64,000 nucleotides of DNA from Vermamoeba vermiformis (GCA_045837725.1 JBEWZL010000136.1:62001-126000); one strand, 5' to 3'. Counted from the stretch's first letter, positions 12,671 through 26,444 are shown. Translations and numbers: made by a program. Notes: generated from the letters alone by a model not told the origin.

Positions 12671-13245
12671 TTTGAGGTTGGATTTGGTTGTTAAGGTTTG
12701 TGGTTGTTTAAAGTGTTTGTATTTATGAAAGAGCTGTCGTTTCAATCTGTTTTATAGTTGCGCTGGTTTCAGTTTCAATCATATCTTTATGAAGAACACG
12801 CGAAAAACATAGTGGATCTCGCCCACTCGCTCAAACGCAAAAGGTACTGGAACTTTATCCAACGTGCTTGATTATAATTCTATTTCGTATACTGCATTGC
12901 AAATTGTAGACCTCGTAATTTATTGTATTTTTTTTAAATCCAATCTGAGCACGTACGTGAGCTGAACGGTAATTGAATGCACGGACGTGCATCGTTCAAA
13001 CAATAATATTTTTAATTATTATTATTAACTGAAACAAAAGGTTACTTGAAAAGGCGGGAGATTCGATCTCGATCTGCAACCTCAGGTTTCTCTTGGTTCA
13101 TTAGTTCTACACTTATTCAGAATTGTTCCTACACCAAAGAGATATTCCAATTGTTAATACTAATGTGGTAAGGAGTCAAATAACGATAAAAATACCATTT
13201 GTGATTTTTTATTTTGAGGCCACCAAATAGATCCACGAACACGAT

Positions 13246-15271
13246 ATGCTTAGCAGTCTAATATTTGTATTAGTATGCGTGCTTATTCTAGGATTGATCG
13301 TCTGGGAGTACCGCCAAAGACATCCGAAAACAGATCTAGCTTTGCCACCGATAATCGGCCCTTTTGAAATATTATTAAAGAAGAACGAGAACATTATTGC
13401 CTTATTTGGGAGGTTAAGAAAGAAATACGGCCCTTTATTCAGACTTCGAGTTCCCTTCTACGCGGATGCCGTGTTTCTAGTTGGTGGAGACATGTCGAGG
13501 CTTTATCATATGGTTAAAGAAGATGAAGCAAGCTTTAAATATGGATATCAGGTATTTTTGTGCTTTACGAATTAATTTTTTGCGGATCCCTAAATTAGAG
13601 TTGCTGATTTAATACTGAATCCACTGCCAATGATTATCTATGACTTCCTATTCAAAATTAATAATATATATAATTATAAGAGCGCTATTCTAACGCTATT
13701 CAGTTGTTCTTAACCCTTGGATTCGGCCCGACTCATATGAAAGAGTACGCGCGCGAGCCAGGCTTTATTCCAATCTTAGAACGAGCCTTTAGCAGAGAAC
13801 GATATAATCACTTTGCTAAAGTCACTCGAGCTGGCCATTTAAACTACATGAAGACGTTTTGGAACAACGACATCCAACAAGTCGATCTGTTTACCGAGAT
13901 GTATGCGCTCAACATCCGTTTGGTCATTAGGTAAGCATATTATATCCAATAGTTAAGCCCCTTATGCATTTTGAGACTGATTTGTTTCGCTTTATTTCGG
14001 GATCTGATCTGTTCTATTTTTAGAGCGTTTATTGGCGACATTGAAGAGGATAAATTGCTTCAATTAATCGAAACAGTAAAGTCTTTAGACTTGGAAGAGC
14101 GTGTTAAATCGATTTCAAGGGTCGTTCACAATTTCTCTCCTGCTGGCAGAAAAGAATTAGAGTGGCGTGATCTCGTCAAGGAACTCGTCAAATCTCGCGC
14201 TAATAGTATCAATGAAAATACGTCACTAGAGTTCCTGGATTTCTTGGTCAAAGAAACAACTGATGAGAAGGGTAAGCACATCCGATCCGTTACAAAATTG
14301 GATCTGGTTCTAACGTAATTTCAGGAGTGATCGATTATGGTCTTTTAACATCCCGCGTATTTGGGTTGATATTTGTGGCAATTTTGAACACTTTTGCAAC
14401 GAGTGCATGGTTCTTGTTCCGCGTGTTCGACAATCCTCAAATTGTAAGCGAATGCACCGTTACGTTTTATTGAATTCTGTTATTAATGCTCAATATAGTA
14501 TGCCAAAGTCAAGAAAGAACAAGAAGAGTACTATTCAATGCTTCAAGATCCGAATGCAGAACTCGGTACACTTCTCATCAACAAGTTTCCATTCAGTGAA
14601 AACTGCATCCGCGAAGTCGTTCGCACAAGTGTCGCTGGTATTTCATTCCGACGCGCAAAACAAGATTTTGTCCTAACAGAACACAACATTCAGTATTTGG
14701 TTCGAAAAGGTTCGTTTCTAGTCCATTTTTTGATCCCGTGCGGATCTGACACTTTACACGAATAGACTCGTACTTGATAATGCCGTACAGTACCATCACT
14801 AGAGATGCGGAAATACACCGTGACCCTGAAGTATTTCGACCTGAAAGATGGGACACTGAAGCTAAAGGTCCGTGTGAAAACGTTACTTTTGGAGCTGGTC
14901 GACATCCCTGTACTGGTACGTTGTAACGAATTTTTATTTCCTTTTATGGCAATTTTATGAGGAATTAGGATAGGCCATTTTTGACTCTCACATCTGCGTA
15001 GTATACATTCCTTATGAAGTTAAATTGAATGAGATCCGTTCTTTCTGCAATTTCATTTTTTGAGTGTTTTTCTAATATTTTTTGTTTGGTAGGGACCAAG
15101 TTCGCAATGCTGAATGTGAAGAACATTGCATTCAACTTGATGGCGCACTTCGATGTGAGTGTGCCTGGCAAAGCAGAAGACTACATGCCCAAGTTGCAAC
15201 ACATGGGTGTGTTCAGACCTATTAAACCGGTCATATTCACGCTTAAGAAGCGAAAGGAGATTATTGTGTGA
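13246..15271 (+). CDS. Cytochrome P450, paralog A
   Basis: N-terminal TM anchor and Pro-rich hinge (LPPIIGP); ExxR (EVVR); FRPERW; heme-binding FGAGRHPCTG; I-helix VAILNTFATSAW; about 7 exons. Confidence 0.9.
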
Positions 15272-15389
15272 AAAAACTGACGTCATGAATTTATAAAGCA
15301 ATTTCCTAATATGGTTATCTCGCCTTTTCTCCGTTACTCCGTCGTGAACAAAAATTTTTCATTAATTGTGTTATTTCAATACAAACAAT

Positions 15390-16843
15390 ATGCAAGCCGC
15401 ACTTCAATTGTGGAGAGGATTAAGCACTGTAGGTAAAATTGCTACAGCTGCTGTTGTTGCCGTACCAACACTCTACGGAGTCAAAAAGGTAAATACATCT
15501 GCTTTAGAAAAGATTTTTAATTAAATTAATTAATTAAATTATCTTAGTTTGTTGCTGGAGGAGTCAATAAGCACCGTCCTGACCTCACTGGAAAGGTTCG
15601 TAATAAAAATTTTTCCACTCGCAAAATCTTTTTGCATTGATCTGAATTGAATAAATATTAGGTAGCTCTTATTACTGGTGCAAATACTGGTATTGGGTTA
15701 GAGACCGCAAAATACTTGGCTAAATTAAATTGCGAGGTCCTTGTCAGTAAGTAACACGGTCTTTTTGTAACTCGACAGATCCCAAACTCAGCGAAAAAGT
15801 TTTTAATTTTCTACCAAATATATACAATAAACAATTACTAACGAATTTATTTTACTATAGCCGTTCGCGATGACAAAAAAGGTCTCGAGACCACCAAAAA
15901 AATCAAAGAAGGCGTTCCCAGTGCTAAAACTGATTACTTCAAGATGGAAATGTCTAATTTAAAGAGTGTACGTGATTGCGTTGAAGAATATAAGAAAAGA
16001 ACCAATAACAAGAAGATTGACTTTGTCATCGAGAACGCCGGTGTAATGGTAAGGCTTAAAATGTTTCTTTTAAGAATAAGTACCGTATAATCATATACTA
16101 TAGTATTTGTTAACATGAGATTTCCTTTTATACTCGCTAATTGAATTATTATTGGACAGATCCCGCCGTACACCAAGACTGACGACGGATTTGAGCTTCA
16201 ATTCGGAGTTAACCATTTAGCTCACTTCTTATTGGTCGATTTATTGCTCAAGAACAACCTCGTTAACGAGCCTGGCCGCGTTGTTGTCGTTTCATCGTAC
16301 GGCCATAATTTCGCAACCGCCGGCATCCAGTTCGACGATTTGAACTTCGAGAAGGGCTACAATAGAGTTAAGGCATATGGACAGAGCAAACTTGCTAACA
16401 TTTTGTTCGCGAAAGAGCTTACTAAGCGAATGAAAGGCAAGGACATTATCGCCGTTTCGCTGCATCCAGGTTCAGGTGCGTTTTCATGAATCAAATTTTC
16501 CGTACCAAATATTAATTTAGCATTTATTATAGTCAAAACTGAATTGAGCCGACACGTGCCAAAGTTTATTTCAGTTCCTTTGACTTTCTTGATCAGCTTC
16601 TTTATGAAATCACCTTACGAAGGTGCTCAGGTACGCAAAAAATGAATTTTGGCTTGTCCCTCTAAAATTTTAACGAAATTGACTATCTAGACCACTTTGC
16701 ACTGTGCGTTGTCGCCGGATATTGAAGCAGGCGCATACTACAGCGACTGCAAGGCCGTGAAGCCATCAAAGTACGCGCTCGATGAAGCAACGGCCTCAAA
16801 ACTTTGGGACGTCAGCGAGAAACTCGTTGGTTTGCGCGATTAA
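15390..16843 (+). CDS. Short-chain dehydrogenase/reductase (retinol dehydrogenase 12/WWOX-like)
   Basis: ITGANTGIG Rossmann motif, ENAGVM, GFELQFGVNHLAHF, VVSS, YGQSKLAN (YxxxK), LHPG, EGAQTTLHCA...KLWDVSEKLVG; multi-exon. Confidence 0.9.
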
Positions 16844-16943
16844 AAAGAAGATCTCTCGATCGTCCTTTCTAGCGTACGCCACTATAAACAGTTCAGAACC
16901 GTCTTGTATATAATTACTTGATTCGTATTCTTCCTGTTTTATT

Positions 16944-18370
16944 AAGACGTAGTTATGGCCAGGTTCGGCCTAGCACTAGCACTGCGAGCGTTGATCTGCT
17001 GGCCGTCTTCTCTGAAGAGAATCATCTTTCGCATAAACTCTCTCGCTTCTTCATTCTCCACGTGTTGTTCCTCTTCGTTTCCAGCATACTAATTGCAGTC
17101 CTTGTGATAAATTGGAAGTTGCCATATTTTTTGTGGGTATTGAGGCATTGCTTGCGGTCAGGGCGCCAAATGAAGTGCACTCGCGGATCGTCCTTGGCAG
17201 GTTTGAGCGACGTGGGATCTAGTTTCTGCCAAGGAATAGATCCATGGTCGTCGTCAATGTTGAAGTCCAGGGCATTGCAGCATATATTTGATGTACTTGG
17301 TAGATTCGCGAATCATCTTTGGCAGATTTGAGCGATGAGGGATCAAGTGGCTGCCAGGTCGTCGTCGACAACGGTGAAGTCTCAAGGGCAATGAAGGCAA
17401 TCATGTTGTGTCTGTCCGTTTTTTGTAGGGCTATAATTGCTTGTCGCACGAGTTGGTTCACCAGGGTCTTCTTTCGCCAACTCTTTCCAGCGACGCAGTC
17501 TGATCGACAGCAGCGTCGGCGCGCAGTGTTCTTTCGAAATTAAATATTTAATAACGTCGGAGAATGCAAGGTACCAATTACTTACTTATACACGTAACGT
17601 TTTCCGTTATCCGTGTTAGGATTGTTGATGTTGCCATAATGTTCGTAACTAAATAGTTAATTATGGTCCAAGGACAAGCGAATAACACCCTCTTGTCAAT
17701 TAAAAATTTGCCGCACAAATCAAACCAATATAACGTCTCAAAACTACTAAAACAGTGCCTTACCGAAGAGCGTTGTCCTCTGCTAGAGAGCTCCTCTTCA
17801 TTCTTTTTTAGTGTACAAACAGGTTCGGAGTAATCTTGCAATCATTGTCTTGAAGCCAGGTTGGAGTGCCGTGTGGAACAGCTTAAGAATTGCATCCGGT
17901 TGCGGGACCATATTGTGGTAAGAACTTGATCCTCCAGTTGACCAAGGAACAGGTTCGTCGATGCGGCGGATGTATCTGTTGTTCCATTCATTGTTGTAAA
18001 GCCAACTGAAGGTCAAAAAAGGTCAGAACTTTAGCCGGTACAAACAGTCCCGACACGGAGCAGACAACTGGAGTGTCCGAGAGGTTTTAGGAGTGTGATT
18101 TAATTACTTACTTTCTCTCCGTGGAATGCTCTTTCTTTTGATCGGGTATGTTGTTGCTCTTTTCAGAAAAGTTCAAGACTTTTCGCGCCTACTCGGCTGC
18201 ATTGCGATGCTAATATCAGCTATCAACTATTATTACAAATGCCTTGAAGTTGAAGTGTATAGGACTTACTTGTTGGGCAGTAAGGTCATTGTACGAGTAC
18301 TTTTTCGGCCGTTATCAATCTGAAGCCTAACTTTCGAACCACTTTTGCTCTCGTTGGCGACGCTGCTCAT
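16944..18370 (-). pseudogene. Probable decayed multi-exon gene of unknown family
   Basis: ATG at 18370 and canonical gtaag...ag introns, but exons contain in-frame stops and frame switches; an internal peptide repeat (WQPLDPSSLKSAKDDSR / WQKLDPTSLKPAKDDPR) lies in different frames. Confidence 0.4.
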
Positions 18371-20089
18371 TCTCACAATGCAAATCTGAATTTTAAGTGT
18401 TGTGTTTTTAGGATTGACATATGCACAAGCTTGGACAATTGGCAAAAAAAGAGTCGATGAGGGATCCTATCAGTACAGACTAGTTAATTCTAGTTGCATC
18501 TCTCATTATAATGAACAATTACTTACCTAGGTTGCCTGCGTTGGTTGTGTTTTGATGTTCATTTGGAGTTCTTAAACTATACCTTACGAACTTCTTGAAC
18601 AATTGCCTTAACAGATCGATCTAGCAACAGAACAATTAGAATAAGACGCGAGCTTGTCCAATAGGTTCCAATCTCATCTAATTAGCCAAACTTATTTGTG
18701 TACTTTCGCTGGTATTTTTGTTGAGGTACTTTGCGAAGGCATCCCTGTCTGCCTGTAGTTCTAAACTCCCATTAGAGCTGCGAACAGATCAAGCACCCCG
18801 CAAGTACATGAAGAGCAGCTTGGTGCAAGTATCGTCAACTACGCGCACTTAGAAAACCAGGAGATACAAACGAGATTAATGGAATGGAGGGATGATGAGG
18901 TAGCTCTTTATGCCAAACAACTTCGAAAACTCATTACGACGTTCAATGGTTCTAGAGATGAAATTAAATGCAAAATATTGCCCGATAACTGTACACCCGA
19001 TCGAAGCCGTAAACCGTACAAGCAACAAATAGTCTTGGGTTAGCTGAGAAATAGACCGATTTTAACTAAGTTCTACGACTATTGAGGATCGAATTTGACG
19101 TACGCGAGTCAATTTGAGATTAAGTAAACCTCGAAGTAAGATTCGAGGTTGGATGCGCATCCACAAAAAAATTTATAAATCTTCTAACGATTTTAAAAAT
19201 TGAAAAGGGAGTTAAAACTATTACTATATGATTGCTTGTACTTATTGAGCTATATAAATTAATTTTAAAAAACTTACGTAGCGAGTTTGACCCACATCTC
19301 GGCTAGATCTCGCTCTTTGTCGCGCCGTTTGCATTCAATGCTTGCCAAGCATCTCTTCTAAAATATTAGATAAAGTAGTTAGTATAGAGATCCGTCTAAA
19401 ATAGTAGGTAGCAGCAAAAGAAATAATCAAGTCCGGATCTCGGTGCTAGAGAGTTCCAAGCTGTACCAGCTGACTCGAGGTACCTAATGTACTACTACGG
19501 ATATGATCTATAGTACTTACTCTTGGAGGTGCATGCTTTGTGGTCAGTTGGAGCGCGTTACAAATGATTGAAATGAAAAATCCCGCGTTTTTTTACGTTT
19601 TGGTCAAACTAAGTCAACAACAATCCAACCAATCACAAAAAACCAGTTATTATTACCGTGGCGTAAATAATTCAACAGCGATTATCAACAGTTAGGATGG
19701 ATCGAACAATCTTTGTGTTAATCTTCGTTTTAAAACGGTATGAGATTGAATTTTTTATTCCAAATAGCTTTGAATAGCTAATTCGGACCAAATATTAATT
19801 ATTAGCAGTAGTAATTACTATTTTTGCGATTATCTACACAAAATGAAGACTACAGAATCTATTTAATCTTCGACCAGATTTGATTTTTAAATTGGTCCTA
19901 TTATTCTGCAATAGTCAATTTCAATCAGTTTAGCAAGCAATTTATTCGTAATCGATTTAGTTATTTTAGACTTAAATGGCAAAAAATTATCTCGCGACTG
20001 TTGTGGATTGAGTCTCGCGTCTTAACACGTGTTATTTCGCCAACAAATTCATTCGGACATTTTATTCTCAATTACTATTCGATGACCAA

Positions 20090-22051
20090 ATGTTATTAAC
20101 GATATTTTTGTTATTTGTAGCCGCCGCATTTTGTTTAGCTTTGTATGAGTACAAACAGCGGCATCCGAGTTCTGAAACACCGTTGCCACCTCTCATAGGC
20201 TTCTCGGAGTTATCAGCCCAACATGGAGAGTCATTAGACGTCGTATTTAACCGTGTTAAAGCGAAGCATGGTCAAGTATTCCGACTGCGCATCCCGTTCT
20301 ACACTAATGTGATAGTCACTGTGGGTGGAAGTGCTTCAAAAATATATCATATGCTCAAAGAAGACGATGCTGGCTTTTACTACGGAATGAGAGTAAGTAC
20401 ATCTCATTTTGAATCACCGGCTTTACGGATTTAGATCGGTGAACATTTTCTTTGGCACAAATTTAATAATATCACTGTAAATGCATCGTATCAGACCTAT
20501 TAACCTTATTTTGAAGATTTTTTCATTCCTTGGATTCGGTCCGTCGCACCATAAAGCCAATGTTCGAGAGCCGAATCTTACTGCCCTCTTAGAAAAAGCT
20601 TTTAGCCGCGAGCGCCATAATCATTTTGCTAAAGTAACAAGGACTGGTCATTTGAATTATATGGCTCGCTTTTGGAACCAAGAAGTTCAGCAAGTCGATC
20701 TGTTCAAAGAGATGTACGAACTCAATGTACGGCTTGTAGTTAGGTAAGCTCCATAATGGTCCCCTTAACGAATTTGATTTCTTCTTCAGATTTTGTGATT
20801 TGTTGGCACTTGAGGTCGCGTGGCACGTTTCCGGATTTAACTTCTTGTTTTTAGATCTTTTATGGGCGAGATGCAAGAGAAGCAATTGGAGCAGCTTATC
20901 GATACTATCAAACACTTGGACTTAGAAGAGCGAATTAAATCAGTTTCGACCATCGTTCATAACTTCTCTTGGAACGGCAGAAAAGACTTGGAAAAACATT
21001 GGTTCGCGACGGTGGATCTCGTCAAAGAATTGGTCCAGATAAGGAAAAATGCGCCCAGTGAATCTGCCTCTGTTGAATTCTTCGATTTTATTGTTAAAGA
21101 GACTACTGACAACCAAGGTAAGAGTTTCAGATTTCGCTATCATTTTGTAAAACAACGTTGTTTTTCCTAAATAGGCAATGTTGATTACGAACTGCTCACA
21201 TCAAGAGTCTTTGGTACTATTTTTGTGGCAGTTTTGAACACTTTTGCAACGAGTGCATGGTTCTTGTTCCGCGTGTTCGACAATCCTCAAATTGTAAGCG
21301 AATGCGTTAAGTGTTAATTCTGTTATTAATGTTCAATATAGTATGCCAAAGTCAAGAAAGAACAAGGAGAGTACTATTCAATGCTTCAAGATCCGAATGC
21401 AGAACTCGGTACACTTCTCATCAACAAGTTTCCATTCAGTGAAAACTGCATCCGCGAAGTCGTTCGAACAAGCGTTGCTGGTATTTCATTCCGACGTGCA
21501 AAGCGAGATTTCGTGTTGCATGACCCTGATAATAACAAAGACTTCTTTGTTCCGAGAGGTAAAGTCAAGTTTTTTTCGCGTGTGGATCTGACACTTTGCA
21601 CGAACAGACTCGTACTTGATGATGCCTTATAATACTATTGTTAGAGATGGTAGTATATGGTCTGACCCTGAAGTATTTCGACCGGAAAGATTTGAAACTG
21701 AAGCTAAAGGGCCATGTGAAAACGTTACTTTTGGAGCTGGTCGACATCCCTGTACTGGTACGTTGTAACGAATTTTTATTTCCTTTTATGGCAAGTTTAG
21801 CGAGGAGTCCTCGTTAATAGAGTGTTTCTAAATCGGTTGTTTGCAATAATTTTAACGTATTTTGTTCCATAGGCACCAAGTTCGCGATGCTGAATGTGAA
21901 GAACATTGCATTCAACTTGATGGCGTACTTCGATGTGAGTGTGCCTGGCAAAGCCGAAGACTACATGCCCAAGTTGCAGCCTATGGGCGTGTTCAGACCT
22001 ATTAAACCGGTCATATTCACGTTAAGAAAGCGAAAACCGATCGAAGGATAA
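20090..22051 (+). CDS. Cytochrome P450, paralog B
   Basis: Same exon structure as 13246-15271; VAVLNTFATSAW, EVVR, FRPERF, FGAGRHPCTG; ends KPIEG*. Confidence 0.9.
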
Positions 22052-22153
22052 ATAAAAAATTGATGTTTTTTTAATTAATTTCATCGAGAGCTCTGCAACA
22101 AGAGCGCTTAACATTTTACTCCTAATATTAGCAAATACTATTAATTGGTCAAT

Positions 22154-22933
22154 ATGGAGACTGTAGTTAGTCTGATCGACAAGAATGTCAAATCCAGGTA
22201 TTATAATTTTCCAAATATTATTTTAATATTTTACCTATGCATAATATGTTATAATTCTACTATTCCCTCGTTTAATTGTCGTATTTGAGCCGTTTAATTA
22301 ATTTTAACAATTATTTTGATTTTAAATTAAAAAGTGTTGACCTCATTTCCACAGAGTTAGCTCCACGTTAAATAGAAAAGTCAAAGAATTTGGTAAAGAA
22401 AAAATGTTCGATGGATCTAGCGAAACATGTTGGAACTCAGATCAGGTAGCGTTTGCAGTGATGTTTACAGTCCTATATTTGGCTAATACGATATTAAGGG
22501 ATCTCCTCAATATGTAGCATTAGAATTTGCAACAAATGTTAAGCTGGCAGAACTACGGATCATGTTTCAAGGTGGATTTGTTGGTCAAGTACGTTCGCTG
22601 CGCACCTTATGCATCTTTTTGTATTAATCCTTTAATAATAAGACATATTACTGATAATTTATTGCTAGGAATGCAAATTAATGGTAGCTGGACCGGACGC
22701 GAAAATGATTGAAATTATGACTTTCGAACCAAACGACGATAATACATTACAGGTACGATATGAGTTATTCCCGTATATAGCACTAATCAACAGATACTAA
22801 TAATCCTTATAAGAGCTTTCCTATAACGTGGGAAGGAACGACAAATCGGATCCAAATCATTTTTACGAAGAGCACAGATTTCTACGGACGAATAACAATA
22901 TACAAATTAGATGTATTAGGACAACAAGTATAA
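22154..22933 (+). CDS. NR2C2AP: Nuclear receptor 2C2-associated protein (TRA16) homolog, galactose-binding-like fold
   Basis: Five exons translate to METVVSLID...RVSSTLNRKVKEFGKEKMFDGSSETCWNSDQGSPQYV...FQGGFVGQ...FEPNDDNTLQSF...STDFYGRITIYKLDVLG, the characteristic family motifs. Confidence 0.85.
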
Positions 22934-23081
22934 TGAACGCAATTTTCAAAACAATATCTCTCTCTGCAAGCAAAAGATCCGGATCTGACATTAGAATGCA
23001 ACAGAGTTTCATTCTTACAGTACAATAACACTATACTCGGCGATTATAAAATTAAATAGCCTAATAAGGCAACAGCGACTT

Positions 23082-24653
23082 TTAGCAGTTAGCAGTCTTC
23101 ATTTGCGACTGCAACTTGGCGCAGGCCCAGCAGTGCATTCTCAACTCTTGGCAGTCAGTGAAGTGATTGGCGCAGGGCTGAGGCAATTGCGAGTAGCCCA
23201 TGATGTTGCTGTAGTCGGTGGTGCCGTAGCTCCTGAATAACAAAGGCACATTAAGCATCGAGACAAGTGAATTGAACCCTATCAATCGTGATTAACTTAC
23301 TTTCCCTTGCAGTCTTTGTCACCGGGAGCGCGGCAGTAGAAGTTCATTGGTGTAGCTGGAGTATCAGCGCACAAGTCACCTATTAATTTTGGCGTTAGAT
23401 CAGATCTTACCACAAACAGGCCAATGTGCTTACCAACAACGTCAGCCTTAGGATCATTAATCTCGTGCACGTTCTCAGTGCATTGGTCACCGCAGGCAGC
23501 GATCTCAGTGACGCCGTGGAATGTGTGCCACAAACCTGTCAAAGTGTCAAAAGTTAACGCGGAATGAATTTTGCCGTGCCAATGAGAATCTTACCCATGT
23601 TATGACCGAGCTCGTGCGAGATAGTAGTGTCGCCGAGGGCTTGATATTCGCGCGACAAAGCGATCGAATTGAGCCACATGCCACCTTGCGAAGTCAACGC
23701 ATCTGAGACCAAAATTTAGAATTCAAAATCAATTTCAACCCTTATCAATAGTGTATTAATGACGTACCTGCGTCCCAAGGGAAAGTGGCAATGCCGAGAA
23801 GAGTACCGTAGTTACCCTCTTGCATGCAAGATACGAACAAGTTGATGTTGTGCTGGATGTGCTCGTTAGCTTGACGACTAGTAATTAGAGTCATAGTATT
23901 ATATACGTACCTCGGGATCCTCAGCGACTTCATCCTTCAAATCGTTGATGGCATAGTACCACGCGGGATCATTGTCATCATAAGGCGGGATGCAGTAGTA
24001 CTTGGAGCTCTTGTGGAATCTGATGGCTTTCTATGGTCCATAAGGATGGTTAATTATGTATGTGCAGTATGAGGTGCCATAAATAGTACAATTCGCCAGA
24101 AAAGTCAATCGAAAAGTTACGCAATCTTTTTTCATGATCCGTGCTAGTAAATTGAGCTTATATGGTAATTTTTAATTAAAGCGTGCTTACTAAGGCGAAG
24201 TCAATTCCGTAGGGTTGATAATCAAGTCTAACTTGCTTAATAGCGGATTGAACCAACGTTTCATTTACACCTGAATTAAAATATGAATATTTAACCTTGA
24301 TAATTACCGTATAAATTCTAAAAATACTAACCATCAGGATGGACTCCTTTGGCGCTATCAAAAACGTGAACGATAAGATTGAATACAATCAAATCTGACT
24401 TGGCCTTGTTTCTGGTAGCTGGAACATCGCAAGTTCCTTCGTAGCATTCAGATTGAGGCTCTTCAGCCTTCATCATCTTCTTAAAGTGATGAAGCTCGGT
24501 AGTAGGGCATGGAATTACGCGTTGTTGAGATTTACCTCCGATCTCGACGCGGTACTTGGGTAAAACCAATGAAGCATTAGTATATGCTTCTACGCTGTAT
24601 AAATACAACGAAAGCACGACAATGGTGGCTAATACGAGCTTTGTGGGCTTCAT
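23082..24653 (-). CDS. Secreted M43 (pappalysin/ulilysin-like) zinc metalloprotease
   Basis: Signal peptide MKPTKLVLATIVVLSLY; LLGIATFPW; spliced zinc motif HELGHNMGLWHTFHG; GDLCADTP; Met-turn NIMGYS; FTDCQELRM. Confidence 0.9.
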
Positions 24654-25046
24654 TGCGTTGAAACGTCAACGGAAAATGATTTTTCGGCTTTAAATCTTTT
24701 CCAATCACATATACCAGGGCTTTATAATCTTGATGGCGTAATGTATGTTATTGAGGCGAATATTGGGTCATTTTATGAATTGATACGATCGGAGGTAAGC
24801 GGTCAAAAGTAAAGTTTTGGATGCAGTTTGGAAAGTTGACGCCTTAGCGTGTATGATACGTATTAAAGCATATTATGACTCATATGAAGATTATAATACA
24901 TTATTTATGAAGTACGTACACACACCTCTTCGTGTAACAGCGCGGAGTTGAACTTTCTTTGGAACTTTTCTTATTTACAGAGTCATCGTACTCTACAATA
25001 TCAAAATTAATACAAAACCACAAATAGGACATACGTGATTCGATGG

Positions 25047-26102
25047 TTAAGTTAATAAATGACTTACGAGTTGGCAAGAGGTAAGTCCGTTCATAGCGGA
25101 TTCGTTCACCGAGTTGATCAGCAACGATTTAGTAAAGCATTCTTTAGCCTCGTTCAACCTCTTCTTTTTAAATAACATGATGCCTCTTTGGCACCAATAA
25201 TCGTCGTCGTTAGGGTCAAATCGGCAAGCTGTTTCGAAGCACAACAGAGCTGCGTCTATTTGATCGATTTTCGAATGCGAAAGGCCTAATATTAATGTAA
25301 GTACTATATTAAGCATAGATAGGGGTTTAAAAGCCTTATTGTAACTTCTCAAACTTTGTGTAACGGATGGAAAAGTTTGATCTAGATCTGATTTCAGATG
25401 GATTAGCTTACCTTTGTTATACCAACATAATGCGATATTATCTTTGATCTCTATAACGCGATTGTAGCATACTATAGCTTCTTCGTGTCTATCTAATCGA
25501 TTCAACGCGTTGGCCTTGATCAGCCAACACGAAAACTGGCTTGGATCTGCTTCTAAACTTAGCGAACTGTTCATAATTGAGTGCTCATATAGTCCTTGTC
25601 TCCAAAATATGCTTGCTTTGTTAAAAAGGGCTTTGCATTTTGTGTCCAAGTCGGGATCGAGAGCGAGGGCATTATCGCAACAGCCCAAAGCTTCGTTAAA
25701 TTTTTTCTACGATCAAATTAATATTACTAAAATTATATAGACGAATAATACCTCTTGATAAAGGATATTGGACTTCAAATAATACGCAGGACTGGTCGGT
25801 TTGATCTGCAACGACCGATCGAGGCATTCTTTTGCTTCTTTGACTTGAGATAGTGCAAAATGTGACTTTGCTTTTAAATATAATAATTCGTCATTTTCTG
25901 GTTCAATTTCAAGGCCGGTTTTAATTTGTTCGATCGCCTGGATGTGTTTCTCTTGATTTTGATAAGCCTTCCCTACGAAAAATATTCGTATTACATTTTA
26001 TGAAAATTATGTAGGCAACTAAAATCGAATTTTAACGCGAAACGGCAGAAAATTCATCTTCGATAGCTGCATCTGCTTACCTTTCGCAATGATTTCGTCC
26101 AT
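25047..26102 (-). CDS. TPR-repeat protein
   Basis: MDEIIAKG start; repeated TPR patterns (CWLIKANALNRLDRHEEAIVCYNRVIEI; YWCQRGIMLFKKKRLNEAKECFTKSLLIN); GT-AG introns. Confidence 0.85.
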
Positions 26103-26444
26103 AATGTTATTGATGTCAAGCTCATATGTACATAAAGTTAAAAATATGAATAAAAGTTGCGCAGCAAGTAACCATCAAATTATCACGTGCGATGTTTATT
26201 AATAGGACGTTTGCATAATTCTACAAGACTGAGCTAATAGTGTCGGCGTCATGCGCCAGTCTGATGAAAAGATCAACAAGTAGTCTGCGCAATGTTCTAC
26301 TTTCTGCCTGGGAAGGTGATCGCAGGTTGTGGATCTGTTGGTGGCTTGCCACAGAACGCTACGGCTAATTGTTACGCTTGATCCATATTTTCAGATTCAG
26401 CTGAATAACAATGCCCAGGATTCTATCAGATGCCGCGTACCGAT

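Noticed and set aside
13050-13095. gggagattcgatctc resembles a tRNA T-loop/B-box
   Set aside because: No acceptor stem, D-arm or anticodon arm could be built around it.
16918-17331. 137-aa plus-strand ORF with a hydrophobic stretch
   Set aside because: TTG start, no recognisable motifs, and it lies antisense to the purine-rich coding-like minus-strand sequence.
18150-18200. In-frame TGA (TCT TGA) considered as an antizyme +1 frameshift site or a selenocysteine codon
   Set aside because: No antizyme-like ORF2 or recognisable selenoprotein context, and further stops and frame breaks occur downstream; decay is the simpler explanation.
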